A program made the translations under genes and the position numbers. Below, in pieces: positions 20,816 to 30,673 of a stretch of 64,000 nt of DNA (within the stretch, counting starts at the first letter, position 1; each line of letters opens with the position of its first letter). The notes under the pieces were generated by a model. It worked only from the letters and a program-made list of their open reading frames with translations. It had not been told where the DNA came from and did no database searches. The stretch spans positions 160,001 through 224,000 of the forward strand of contig JBGAIQ010000003.1 of the NCBI GenBank assembly GCA_044225365.1. Direction: 5' to 3'. This stretch comes from Planctomycetota bacterium. GTDB lineage: Bacteria; Planctomycetota; B15-G4; JADJEK01.

Positions 20816-21538
20816 CTACTCCCGAGGCATGGGCCTCCGCCCAATCCATTCGAGCGTGTAGCGCCATTGCAGGTGCGACGTCACGACGGCTCCGGGTAGT
20901 TGCTCCTTCGATAGCGCCACGACCTCACGCCTCGTGAGATACCGCTCGCCGCGCGCATGGTCGCTCCATGCGGCGCGCAGCCGGGCATTCGAAAGGAGCC
21001 GCCCCGCTCGCAGGCGTGTGATCGCGCGCGCGAGCACGGCGAACGGGAGCATGGCTCGATCGACGATGCCCTCGTTCGCGCGCAGGTCGTGGACGAGCAG
21101 GAGACCGCCCGGCGCGAGCAGATCGACCATGCGACGCAACGCCGGAACGAGCGGCAGGTGGTGCAGCGTCGCGACCGAGAGGACGACGTCGAATCCCCCG
21201 TCCTCTCCGCGGGGCAGTTCGAGTTCGAAGAAGTCGCCGCACTCGTAGCGGATGGAACCCCCGGTCGTGCGCTCGCGCGCGACGCGGATCATCTCCGGGG
21301 AGAGGTCGACTCCAAGGATGCTCGCACCGAGGCCGCACCGCGTGGCGAGCGCGCGCGTGAGGCCGCCGGTACCGCAGCCGATCTCGAGGATCCGCACGGG
21401 CCGCACGAGGAGCTTCGTGGACGCTTGGATCCGCCCCAGCACGAAATCGTCGTAGATCGAGAGATGCGCGGACTCGTCGACATCGAGCCTCGCGATGCGA
21501 TCGAAATCGGCGCGGACCTTCTCGCGGTTCAGATCGGC
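20816..21538 (-). CDS. Class I SAM-dependent methyltransferase
   Basis: ILEIGCGTG, GVDLSPEMI, FDVVLSVATLHHL, LAPGGLL; start uncertain. Confidence 0.85.
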   Translation of the reverse strand, partial: ADLNREKVRADFDRIARLDVDESAHLSIYDDFVLGRIQASTKLLVRPVRILEIGCGTGGLTRALATRCGLGASILGVDLSPEMIRVARERTTGGSIRYECGDFFELELPRGEDGGFDVVLSVATLHHLPLVPALRRMVDLLAPGGLLLVHDLRANEGIVDRAMLPFAVLARAITRLRAGRLLSNARLRAAWSDHARGERYLTRREVVALSKEQLPGAVVTSHLQWRYTLEWIGRRPMPRE

Positions 21539-21984
21539 GCCCCGCACTGCGAGCAGAACTTCGCGTGCTCGTCGTTGAGCGCGGCGCACCCCTGGCACTT
21601 CAACTTGACGACCTGGACGACCTGGGGTTCGTCGCGCTTCTTCGAGAGGTCGATGCCCGCTTCGTCGAGCGCGTCCCCGAGCATGCCGCCGGTCTGCCGG
21701 CTGAAGGGTTCGAGGTCCTCCCGCGCCTGCTGCGGATCGAGTATCGCACCGGAGCCGGCGAGACCACGCGCGCCGATCCCGCGGATCGCGCCGCCCAGCA
21801 TCATCAGGATCATCCCGAAGAAGGCGCGGCCGAAGTCGGACTTGGCATCGCCGACGAAGTTCGAGAAGTCCCCGAAGTGCGAGATGAACGTCACGAACGT
21901 CGAGAGGAACAGGATGAGGCCGAGCCCCATGAGTCCCGAGCCGATGTAATACGCCGTCTTCCGCTCGTCCGAGATCTGTCGCAT
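21529..21984 (-). CDS. Two-TM protein with C-terminal zinc ribbon
   Basis: Two TMs, GARGLAGSGAILDP, CQGC...AKFCSQCG. Confidence 0.8.
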   Translation of the reverse strand: MRQISDERKTAYYIGSGLMGLGLILFLSTFVTFISHFGDFSNFVGDAKSDFGRAFFGMILMMLGGAIRGIGARGLAGSGAILDPQQAREDLEPFSRQTGGMLGDALDEAGIDLSKKRDEPQVVQVVKLKCQGCAALNDEHAKFCSQCGAPI

Positions 21985-22185
21985 CGGTGCTCCGCGTTCT
22001 CCTTCACGACTCGACCAGCGGGTCGATCTTGCGCGCATCGCGCGCTCTCTGTTCGAGCGAAAATCAGGGAATCCCCGTCGTCCCGCGCCCGAGGATCTCG
22101 AGTTCCGATTTGAACAGCCATCGAGGACTTGTTGGACTGCGCCGCATCGCGCCCGCCGAGATCCCAACTCCGCCGATCCTACTCC

Positions 22186-24033
22186 ATGACCTCGATTCCC
22201 ACCGCCCTGCTCGCGTCGAACTTCGGTCTGCTCGACTGGGGTATCGTCATCGGGTACCTCGTCATCACGACGATCATCGGCGAGCGTCTCGCGGGGAAGC
22301 AGGCGACGATCCGCGACTTCTTCCTCGGCGGGCGCAAGCTCCCGTGGTGGGCGGTCGCGGGCTCGAACATCGCGACGGAGATCTCCGCCGTCACCTTCGT
22401 CTCCGTCCCGTTCGTCGTGTTCAAGCCGGGCGGCAATTTCACGTATCTCCAGTTCGGTCTCATCGGCAGCCTGCTCGCGCGCCTCATCGTCGGCTACGTG
22501 CTGGTGCCCGCGTACTTCAAACGCGAGATCTACAGCCCGTACGACTACATGGCGAACCAGCTCGGAACTGGCGTCAAGAAAGTGTGCTCGGCGCTGTTCG
22601 CGTTCGGCGGCATCCTCGCCCAGGGCTCGCGCGTGTACCTCACCGCGATCGTGCTGCGGCTCGCGCTGGGCGACGACGTGATGCGACCGATCGAGGAAGC
22701 GACGGGGATGTCGTCGCTCTCGCTCTCGATCTGGTTCATCGGGATCGTCGCGACGATCTGGACGATCCTCGGCGGCATCACGACGGTGATCTGGACCGAC
22801 GTCATCCTCTTCTTCGTGTTCCTGCTCGGCGGCTTCGTCGCGCTCTGGGCGGTGGCGAGCAAGCTCGACGGCGGACTCTCCGAGATCATCGAGGTCGGCA
22901 AAGCCGCGGGGAAGTTCAAGTTCCTCGACTTCAGCACCGACCCGACGCAGGCCTACACCGTCTGGGCCGCCGCGATCGCGGTGACGTGGGGCAACGTCGG
23001 CGCGTTCGGCACCGATCAGTTGATGGCGCAGCGCATGTTCTGCTGCAAGGACGAGAAGGCGGCGCGCTGGGCCGTGATCGCCGCGGCGTTCGGGCAGGTC
23101 TTCACCGCGACCGTGATGCTCGTCGGCGTCGGGCTCTTCGCGTTCTATCAGAAGCACCCGCTCACGGGTTCGGCACTCGCCCACGTCGAGGAGAAGGGCG
23201 ACAGCATCTTCCCGATCTTCATCTTGAACGAGGTGCCGAGCGGTTTGTCCGGCCTCATCATCGCCGGCATCTTCGCGGCCGCGATCTCGAGCCTCGACGG
23301 CATTCTCTCCGCGCTGTCGCAGACGGCGATGGCGACCCTGTACGAACCGATCCGCAAGCGGCGCCTGAGAGAGCGGGGACTCGCGACCGCGGACGCGATC
23401 GAGGAGAAGCAGGAAGTTCGCGTGAGCCGCTACTTCGTCGTGCTCGCGGGACTCGTGCTGAGCTTCGTCGCCCTCGGAATGGACGAAGTTGCGAAGCACT
23501 ACAAGTCGATCCTCGATCTCGCGCTCGGACTCGCGGCCTATGCGCAGGGCGGCTTGCTCGCGGGGTTCCTGCTCGCGTTCCTGCCCTTGAAGCGCGATGG
23601 CTACGGACTCGTGTGGAGCGTCCCGCTGTCGTGCCTCGCCGTGTTCGCGATGAACTGGCAGCCGGACGTCCAGGTGGATGAAGACAACTTCCTCCCGACC
23701 TTCATCTGCTTCGTGGGCTGCTCTTTGATCCTCGCACTCTACGTCGTGTTCGAGCTGAGAAAGGGTCACCGACGCACGCGGCATTTCGCGGAAAAAACTC
23801 TCGCCCTCGCCGCCGGTGGGGCTTTCGTCATCTGGCTCAATTGGAACGCGCACTTCCAAGTCGGGTTCAAGGGCCCTCTTTCGATCCCCGATCCGCGGCC
23901 GAGCTATGCAATGCTGGCTTTTCCGTGGCATGCGCCGATCGGCTGCGTGATTGCGTTCACACTCGGCTGGTTGCTCGGAAACCCGCGCGAACCGGCGGCG
24001 GCTCAACCCGCGACGGTCGCGCGGCCGATCTAA
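22186..24033 (+). CDS. Sodium:solute symporter (SSS) family transporter
   Basis: DFFLGGRKLPWWA, ATEISAVTF, GGITTVIWTD, GTDQLMAQR, IFAAAISSLD. Confidence 0.93.
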   Translation: MTSIPTALLASNFGLLDWGIVIGYLVITTIIGERLAGKQATIRDFFLGGRKLPWWAVAGSNIATEISAVTFVSVPFVVFKPGGNFTYLQFGLIGSLLARLIVGYVLVPAYFKREIYSPYDYMANQLGTGVKKVCSALFAFGGILAQGSRVYLTAIVLRLALGDDVMRPIEEATGMSSLSLSIWFIGIVATIWTILGGITTVIWTDVILFFVFLLGGFVALWAVASKLDGGLSEIIEVGKAAGKFKFLDFSTDPTQAYTVWAAAIAVTWGNVGAFGTDQLMAQRMFCCKDEKAARWAVIAAAFGQVFTATVMLVGVGLFAFYQKHPLTGSALAHVEEKGDSIFPIFILNEVPSGLSGLIIAGIFAAAISSLDGILSALSQTAMATLYEPIRKRRLRERGLATADAIEEKQEVRVSRYFVVLAGLVLSFVALGMDEVAKHYKSILDLALGLAAYAQGGLLAGFLLAFLPLKRDGYGLVWSVPLSCLAVFAMNWQPDVQVDEDNFLPTFICFVGCSLILALYVVFELRKGHRRTRHFAEKTLALAAGGAFVIWLNWNAHFQVGFKGPLSIPDPRPSYAMLAFPWHAPIGCVIAFTLGWLLGNPREPAAAQPATVARPI

Positions 24034-24138
24034 GAACTACGAAGTTGCGCAAAGCCTGCGCCTGGGCGAAGAAGGGGCGCGTTCCGACGAACCGGTCGGT
24101 CGCCCGTTCCTGCGCCGGATACGAATTGGAGGCTCCCC

Positions 24139-26052
24139 GTGGCCGACACCGCACACCCGAATCAGTCCCGCGAAGAATCGCTCGCAGTCGCCGAAGCCGC
24201 GCGGGAGACCGAATGGCAATCGAAGAGCTTTGCGCAATCGATCTTCCTCGGGGCGCTCGACCCCGCGCTCGTGTTCCCGTATCCCGAGCAGCCGGAGGAC
24301 GATCGCAAGAAGGGCGAGGAGTTCGCGGCGAAGGTCGAGAAGTTCCTGATCGAGAACCACGACGCCGATCTCGCCGACTCCAGCGGCGACATGCCGCAGG
24401 CGGTGATCGACGGCCTCGTCGAGATGGGCGCGTTCTCGATGAAGATCCCGCAGGAGTACGGCGGGCTCGGGTTCACGCAGAGCAACTACAACCGCGTCGT
24501 GTCGCGCGTCGCGAGCTACTGCGCGAGCCTCGCGGTGTGGCTGTCCGCGCACCAGAGCATCGGCGTTCCGAACCCGCTGAAGATGTTCGGCACCGCGGAG
24601 CAGAAGAAGAAGTACTTCCCGCGGCTCGCGAAGGGTGAACTCTCGGCGTTCGCGCTCACCGAGCCCGGCGTTGGCTCGGATCCGGCGCAGATGTCGACCG
24701 TCGCCGAACGCGCGCCCGACGGCAAGGGCTGGATCCTCTCCGGCAAGAAGCTGTGGACGACGAACGGTCCCATCGCCGACATCATGGTCGTGATGGCGCG
24801 CACGCCGTCGATCACCGAACACGGCAAGGAGAAGAAGCAGATCACGGCGTTCATCGTCGAGCGCACATTCCCCGGCATCTCCGTCGAGCATCGCTGCCAG
24901 TTCATGGGACTGCGCGCGATCCAGAACGGCGTTCTGCGCTTCGAGAACGTCTACGTCCCCGACGAGAACATCCTGTGGGGCGTCGGCAAAGGCCTGAAGC
25001 TCGCCTTGATCACGCTCAACACCGGCCGCCTCACGCTGCCCGCGTGTTGCTCCGGCGTCGCGCGACTCTGCCTCTCGATCGTTCGCAAATGGGGCAAGGA
25101 ACGCGCGCAATGGGGCGCGGTCATCGGCAAGCACGAGGCGGTCGGCGCGAAGATCGCGTACATCGCGTCGCATACCTTCGCGATGGACTCCATCACGGAG
25201 TACGCGACGCAGCTCGCGGATCGCGGTGGCGTGGACGTGCGCATCGAAGCGGCGATGGCGAAGCTGTTCTGCTCGGAGACGCTGAAGACGATCGTCGACG
25301 AAACCCTGCAGACGCGCGGCGGGCGCGGTTTCGAGGAAGGCCCGTCGATCGCGGCGCGCGGCGAAACGGGATATCCCGTCGAGCGCATCTATCGCGACTC
25401 GCGCATCAACACGATCGTCGAAGGCACGACCGAGATCATGCATCTCTTTCTCGCGCGCGAGGCGCTCGATCCGCATCTGCGGCGCGCGGGCGCACTCTTC
25501 GACAAGCGCACGACGCTCGGCCAGAAGATCAAGATCCTCGCCTCCTGCGCGGTTCATTATCCCGTTTGGTACATCCAGCAGTTCCTCCCCGGCGGCAAGC
25601 CGCTGCCGCAGGACTTGCCCGAGGTGTTCGTCCCCCATCTCAAGTTCGTGCGCTCCGCTTCGAAGAAGCTCGCGCGGACGACCTTCGGCCTGATGGTGCG
25701 ACACGGCCCCGCGCTCGAGCGGCGTGAACTGCTGCTCAATCGCTGCGTCGACATCGGCGTCGATCTCACGGTGATGGCCGCGAGTTGCGCTCGGGCCACG
25801 GCGATGCTGAAGAAGAACCCGGAAGACGCGATGCCTCGCGAGCTCGCCGACGCGTTCTGCCGCGCCGCGCGCCGGCGCGTGAACGCCGCGTTCCGCGCGA
25901 TCTCGAGCAACGACGACAAGAACGTGGTCGCGATCGCCAACGGCGTGCTCGACGGCCGCTACGTCGGCCTCGAGACGGGCTTCATCGACCCCCTCGCCCG
26001 CCACGCACCGGCGCCGACGCAGTCTCCGCCGCGCGAACCCGCGCGGGTGTGA
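24139..26052 (+). CDS. Acyl-CoA dehydrogenase (long, VLCAD/FadE-like)
   Basis: FALTEPGVGSD, GKKLWTTNG, LNTGRL, YRDSRINTIVEGTTEI; GGAGG RBS before GTG. Confidence 0.93.
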   Translation: MADTAHPNQSREESLAVAEAARETEWQSKSFAQSIFLGALDPALVFPYPEQPEDDRKKGEEFAAKVEKFLIENHDADLADSSGDMPQAVIDGLVEMGAFSMKIPQEYGGLGFTQSNYNRVVSRVASYCASLAVWLSAHQSIGVPNPLKMFGTAEQKKKYFPRLAKGELSAFALTEPGVGSDPAQMSTVAERAPDGKGWILSGKKLWTTNGPIADIMVVMARTPSITEHGKEKKQITAFIVERTFPGISVEHRCQFMGLRAIQNGVLRFENVYVPDENILWGVGKGLKLALITLNTGRLTLPACCSGVARLCLSIVRKWGKERAQWGAVIGKHEAVGAKIAYIASHTFAMDSITEYATQLADRGGVDVRIEAAMAKLFCSETLKTIVDETLQTRGGRGFEEGPSIAARGETGYPVERIYRDSRINTIVEGTTEIMHLFLAREALDPHLRRAGALFDKRTTLGQKIKILASCAVHYPVWYIQQFLPGGKPLPQDLPEVFVPHLKFVRSASKKLARTTFGLMVRHGPALERRELLLNRCVDIGVDLTVMAASCARATAMLKKNPEDAMPRELADAFCRAARRRVNAAFRAISSNDDKNVVAIANGVLDGRYVGLETGFIDPLARHAPAPTQSPPREPARV

Positions 26053-26053
26053 T

Positions 26054-26198
26054 GGACCGCCAGGCTCTGCCTGGCATCCCAATGGAAGAATGCCACAATG
26101 GAGCGTGGCGGTCCTGAGCAGAGCTTGCGGTCGAGAGGGACCGCCAGGCTCTGCCTGGCATCCGGATGGAAGAATGCCACGCTGGAGCGTGGCGGTCC
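26054..26198. repeat. Two direct copies (26054-26114, 26138-26198) of a 61-bp imperfect palindrome, REP-like
   Basis: GGACCGCCAGGCTCTGCCTGGCATCC(CA/GG)ATGGAAGAATGCCAC(AA/GC)TGGAGCGTGGCGGTCC; terminal GGACCGCCA/TGGCGGTCC inverted repeat; lies between convergent genes. Confidence 0.9.
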
Positions 26199-26962
26199 TA
26201 AGGAGCGAGTCCGAACTTGCGGTCGAGCGGAACGAATGCGCCGCGCGCGGTGAGCGCGGAAAGGGCGGCGTCGAGCCGGGCGCGCAGTGCGTCCTTGTCC
26301 TTTCCGACCGCGATCCCGTAGAGCTCGAGCGCGACCGGCTCGGCGAGGACGGCGAGTCTTCCCCCGCTCTTCATCGCGAACTCGTCGGCGTCGGCGCCGT
26401 CGGTGATGCAGGCGTCGACTTCGTGGTCAAGCAACCGCTCGTCCGCCTTGTGCTTGCTCACGTTGTCGATGATCGGGATCGCGCCGAGATCGCGATCGGC
26501 GAGCGCCGACTCCGACGTGGTGCCGCGACTCGCGGCGACCTTTCGACCATGAAGGTCCGCAAGCCACACCGGCTCCCCAGGCCCCACGCGCACCAGCGCC
26601 GCAATGCGCGTCTCGAAGTACGGCTTCGTGAAGAGCACGCGCTCGCTCCGTGCCTTCGTGATCCCGATCGTCGCGCAGGCGGCGTCGACCTTGCCGCTCG
26701 CGACCGCGTCGAGGATCTGCGGGAACGGCATCTTCACCCAGACGAGGCGAACCTTCATCTCGTCGGCGATCGCCTGCATCATCTCCACGTCGCGCCCGAT
26801 CGGCTTGCCCGCGGCGTCCTCGCCGATGAACGGCATGTGATCGAAGTCGCACGCGACCGTGATCGCGTCGTCGGAGCTCCCCGCCGTCTTCGTGACGCAA
26901 CCGAAACCGACGAGCGGGAGCGAAACGAGGAACGATGCGAAAGCGCGACGATTCATGAACAC
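26198..26962 (-). CDS. Polar amino-acid ABC transporter substrate-binding lipoprotein (SBP family 3), orphan
   Basis: LVGFGC lipobox; GRDVEM, GKVDAACATIGITKARSERVLFTKPYF, YGIAV. Confidence 0.88.
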   Translation of the reverse strand: MFMNRRAFASFLVSLPLVGFGCVTKTAGSSDDAITVACDFDHMPFIGEDAAGKPIGRDVEMMQAIADEMKVRLVWVKMPFPQILDAVASGKVDAACATIGITKARSERVLFTKPYFETRIAALVRVGPGEPVWLADLHGRKVAASRGTTSESALADRDLGAIPIIDNVSKHKADERLLDHEVDACITDGADADEFAMKSGGRLAVLAEPVALELYGIAVGKDKDALRARLDAALSALTARGAFVPLDRKFGLAP

Positions 26963-27098
26963 CTCGAACCTAGCGAGCGAAAGGGCAGCGAATTCGGGGC
27001 GAGCATAGCATTCCGAAATCGACGGCGACGTAGGGTCGCGAAAGCGCTCGCGCCGCGCGTTCTGGTAATCTCCCCCACTTGTTCTCGTCCCGGAGATC

Positions 27099-30000
27099 GT
27101 GGCCGTGCCGACGCCACAAGACGACCGCCTTGCCTACGAACCCGCGCGCGCGCGCTTCGAGCTCGAAGACGCGGAGCAGCGTGGCGACGTCACGGTGATC
27201 CGTCGCGCGCGCGAACGGTCGAGCGGCAAGACCTACGGCATCGAGCGGCCTCTCCCGGATCTGCAAGAGAACTCCGACAGCGCCGCCGCGTACGCCGCGC
27301 TCGCCGACAGCCGTTCTCAACTCCGGCATCCCCACATCCTCGATCACTTCGACGTCGCGAGGGACGACGAGAGCCCGTACAGCGTCGTCGAATGGGCCGC
27401 GGGCGGCACGCTCGCGGAACGCCTCGTTCGTCGCGGCCCGCTCGGTGAGCACGAGCTGCTGAAGGTCGCGAACAGCGTCGCCTCCGCGCTCGAGTTCGCC
27501 GCGGAGCGAAGGCAGCATCACGGCGGCATCGTGCCCGAGAACCTGTGCCTCACGGCCGACGGCAGCGTGAAGGTCGCGGGGTTCGGATTCGACGAATTCC
27601 GCGCGCAGAGTCGCACGAAGAAACCCGGGATCACCGTCGACGAAGCCAACGACATCAACGAACTGTGTCGCACGCTCTACCGCCTCGCGACCGCGGCGGA
27701 GCGTCTCGAGCTCGATCGAATCGAACGCCTGCCGGCATGGCTGCGCGAAGTCCTCGGTCGCGGCCTCTCCGAGATCCGTGTGGAGCGTTTCCAGCGCGCG
27801 CACGATTTCCTCGACGAATTGCGCCGGCTCCGCCAGCTCTCCTCGCCCTCCGCATTGAGACCGTCGCGACGCGACGAACCGAACTTCCCCACCCTCGAAC
27901 TCTCGCCATCCGATCCCGTCCCGGACGAGCCGTCGAAGCGCGAGGGCAGCGGCGAGTCGGGTGGCGCGAAGCGATCGCCGTCCGCGAGCAGCAAGGGCAG
28001 CGGCGGGAGCGGGAAGCGCGGTTCGCCGGACGAATTCCCGTGGCGCCCCATCGAGGATCAGTACGAGATCCTCGGAGCGCCGAAGCAGGGCGGAATGGGA
28101 GCGGTGTACCAGGCTCGCGAGCTCGCGACAGGGCGCAACGTCGCGATCAAGCGCATGAAACCCGGGACGCAGATCGACGCCGATCAACTGCGCCGTTTCC
28201 ATCGCGAAGCCGCGTCGATCGCGAAACTCAATCACCCGCACGTCCTGCAGCTCCTGCAGGTCGGTCGCGACGAGAATGGCGACTACCTCGTCCTCGAATG
28301 GGCGAGCGGCGGCTCGCTCGTCGAGCGCGTGAATGCAGGCGGCAAGCTCACGCTCGACGAGATCGTCTCGCTCGCGAGGAAGATCGGTAGCGCACTCACC
28401 TACGCGCACGGCAAGGGCTGCATCCATCGCGACATCAAGCCCCACAACATCCTGATCAGCGACAGCGGCGAGCCCAAGATCGCGGACTTCGGCCTCGCGC
28501 GAACGGTCGGCGACGACACGCTCACCTCATCCGGCGGCGGCGCGGGCTCGATGCACTACATGGCGCCCGAGCAGAGCGACGACGCTCGACACGCCGACGA
28601 GCGCTCCGACCTCTACTCGTTCGCCAAGACGCTCTATCACGCGGCGACCGGCAAGAAGCCGATCATGATCGATCCGCGGCTCTTGCCGCCGCCGTTGCGC
28701 AAGCCGCTCCTCAAGTGCCTGAACGACTCGCCGAACGATCGCTACCCGAGCGTTCAGGCGTTCCTCGAGGATCTCGATCACTTCGGCGAATCGAAGGGCT
28801 CCGCGCGCGCTTGGCGCGTCGCGGCGGGCATCGCGATCGTCGGCGTGATCGCGCTCGCCACGAAGCTCATGATGGATAGAGCTCCGCCCAGCCCCGATGC
28901 GCCGCCCAGGCGTCCGTCCGTGATGGGCGAACTCGACCTCTCCCCCGACGCACCACCTCCCGAAGTAAAGAGCGCGGCCGCGCGACCCGTACCCCCCTCG
29001 GCCGAACCCGTCCATCTCGATCCTCGTGAAGAGGTCGCCGCGGAACCCCCAAAGGTCACGGAGCCTCCGAAGGCCGAAGAGAAACCGAACGAGCCTCCGG
29101 CGCAGCAAGAAACGAAGAAGCAAGACGACCCCGAACTCGTGAAGCGCTACGTCGAGGCGACGACCGCGGCAACGGGACTGCTCACTGCCTGGGACGAAGT
29201 CACCGATGCGAGCAAGCCCGGCGCGCGCCCACTCGACGACAACGCGGACCATCGATCGGCGCGCAACGATCTCGAACTCGCGAGGACAACTCGTGACGCG
29301 GGCGATCTCGCAGGTGCCGTCGCGACCGCCGAGCGCGCGGCGACGAACGCGCGTCGCGGACTCTCGATCGCCAACGTCGCGTATCTGAAGAACGAACTCG
29401 ATTCGCGCTTCGCGACGACCGCCGACGACGAGAGCATCGCTCGCGTCGATCGCGCGCTTGCCGAACTCGCGACCCACGTGCCCGAGTTCCTACCTCAGAA
29501 CGAGTACGACGCCCTGCGGACCCGGAGCGAGGAATGGAGAGCGCCGCCGCTTCCGAAGTCCGAGCCCACGCCCGAGGCGACACCGCAGAGCGAATCGAAC
29601 GAGTCGAAGGCCGCGCAGCCAGAGCCGATCGAGAAAACCGCCCCACCGCCCTCGAGCGAAGGGAAGGATCCGGCCGCCAAGGCCCCGCCGTCGAACGATC
29701 TACCGAAAGATCCCCCGATCGATCCATGGGCCCGTGCGATCCTCGGCGTGGCGAAGGATCCGCAGTATCGCGGGCTCACCCTGCGCGTCGACAGCGGCCT
29801 CACACCGCTTCGCGCGGATCCCAATTCCGGCCTCTACGAATTCCTCGTCACGGCGACCGGAGATGCACCCTCGATCGATGCAAACGGTCGTTACGAGATC
29901 ACGAACACCACCGGCATCGTCCTCGTGCTCATTCCCCCCGGGAAGCTGCGCGAGGGGGCGAGTCCGCGCGCGTCGATCGACAAGAACCAACCGACGCTGG

Positions 30001-30647
30001 TGATCGATCCCGATGCACAACGCAGCGAGCAACCCGAGCACGACGTCGCGCTCGCCCCGTTCTTCATCGCGAAGTACGAGCTCTCGACCGCCCTCTGGAA
30101 GCGCATCGGCGGCAAGCTCGGCAACGGCGTCGCCGACAGCGCCCGCTCCCCGGCCTACGGAATGTCGTGGAACGACGCCACGACGATGCTCGGAAAGGTC
30201 GGCCTTCGCCTGCCCACCGAAGCTCAGTGGGAATGGGCCTGCCGTGCGCGCACGCTGACCCCGTGGCCGACGGGCAACGACATCGAGGCCGTGCGCGCCA
30301 GTGCGAATCTACGATTCGCGTCGAAGGCGCCACGTCCCGCGGAGCCCGTGCTGTTCGAGATCGGATCCCTCGCGCCGAATGCCTTCGGCCTGCATGACGT
30401 CCTCGGCAACGTCGCGGAGTTCTGCCTCGATCCGTGGACCGGAGATCACGTCAACGCGAAGCACCGCGCGATCGACGGCTTCCGCGAGGACGGCAGCGGC
30501 CCCTATCGCGTCTTCCGCGGGGGCTGCCTTCGCGACGACCCGCACCGCGCCCGTTCGGCCGCCCGCGACTTCTGCCCCGCCGACAACCCTGCGCTCAAGG
30601 CGTCGCTGATCGGCGTGCGACCCGCACGACCTCTCGCGCAGCCATGA
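27099..30647 (+). CDS. Pseudokinase + Hanks Ser/Thr kinase + TM + FGE-sulfatase (SUMF1/CLec) domain protein
   Basis: Second domain GGMGAVY, VAIK, HRDIKPHN, DFG, YMAPE; C-terminal RLPTEAQWEWACRA, PNAFGLHDVLGNVAEF, RVFRGG, IGVRPAR. Confidence 0.9.
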   Translation: MAVPTPQDDRLAYEPARARFELEDAEQRGDVTVIRRARERSSGKTYGIERPLPDLQENSDSAAAYAALADSRSQLRHPHILDHFDVARDDESPYSVVEWAAGGTLAERLVRRGPLGEHELLKVANSVASALEFAAERRQHHGGIVPENLCLTADGSVKVAGFGFDEFRAQSRTKKPGITVDEANDINELCRTLYRLATAAERLELDRIERLPAWLREVLGRGLSEIRVERFQRAHDFLDELRRLRQLSSPSALRPSRRDEPNFPTLELSPSDPVPDEPSKREGSGESGGAKRSPSASSKGSGGSGKRGSPDEFPWRPIEDQYEILGAPKQGGMGAVYQARELATGRNVAIKRMKPGTQIDADQLRRFHREAASIAKLNHPHVLQLLQVGRDENGDYLVLEWASGGSLVERVNAGGKLTLDEIVSLARKIGSALTYAHGKGCIHRDIKPHNILISDSGEPKIADFGLARTVGDDTLTSSGGGAGSMHYMAPEQSDDARHADERSDLYSFAKTLYHAATGKKPIMIDPRLLPPPLRKPLLKCLNDSPNDRYPSVQAFLEDLDHFGESKGSARAWRVAAGIAIVGVIALATKLMMDRAPPSPDAPPRRPSVMGELDLSPDAPPPEVKSAAARPVPPSAEPVHLDPREEVAAEPPKVTEPPKAEEKPNEPPAQQETKKQDDPELVKRYVEATTAATGLLTAWDEVTDASKPGARPLDDNADHRSARNDLELARTTRDAGDLAGAVATAERAATNARRGLSIANVAYLKNELDSRFATTADDESIARVDRALAELATHVPEFLPQNEYDALRTRSEEWRAPPLPKSEPTPEATPQSESNESKAAQPEPIEKTAPPPSSEGKDPAAKAPPSNDLPKDPPIDPWARAILGVAKDPQYRGLTLRVDSGLTPLRADPNSGLYEFLVTATGDAPSIDANGRYEITNTTGIVLVLIPPGKLREGASPRASIDKNQPTLVIDPDAQRSEQPEHDVALAPFFIAKYELSTALWKRIGGKLGNGVADSARSPAYGMSWNDATTMLGKVGLRLPTEAQWEWACRARTLTPWPTGNDIEAVRASANLRFASKAPRPAEPVLFEIGSLAPNAFGLHDVLGNVAEFCLDPWTGDHVNAKHRAIDGFREDGSGPYRVFRGGCLRDDPHRARSAARDFCPADNPALKASLIGVRPARPLAQP

Positions 30648-30673
30648 TCGAACCCCGGCGCGCGCAGGGTGAC

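Noticed and set aside
26054-26198. CRISPR array
   Set aside because: Only two units, 61 bp long with a 23-bp gap, and no cas genes
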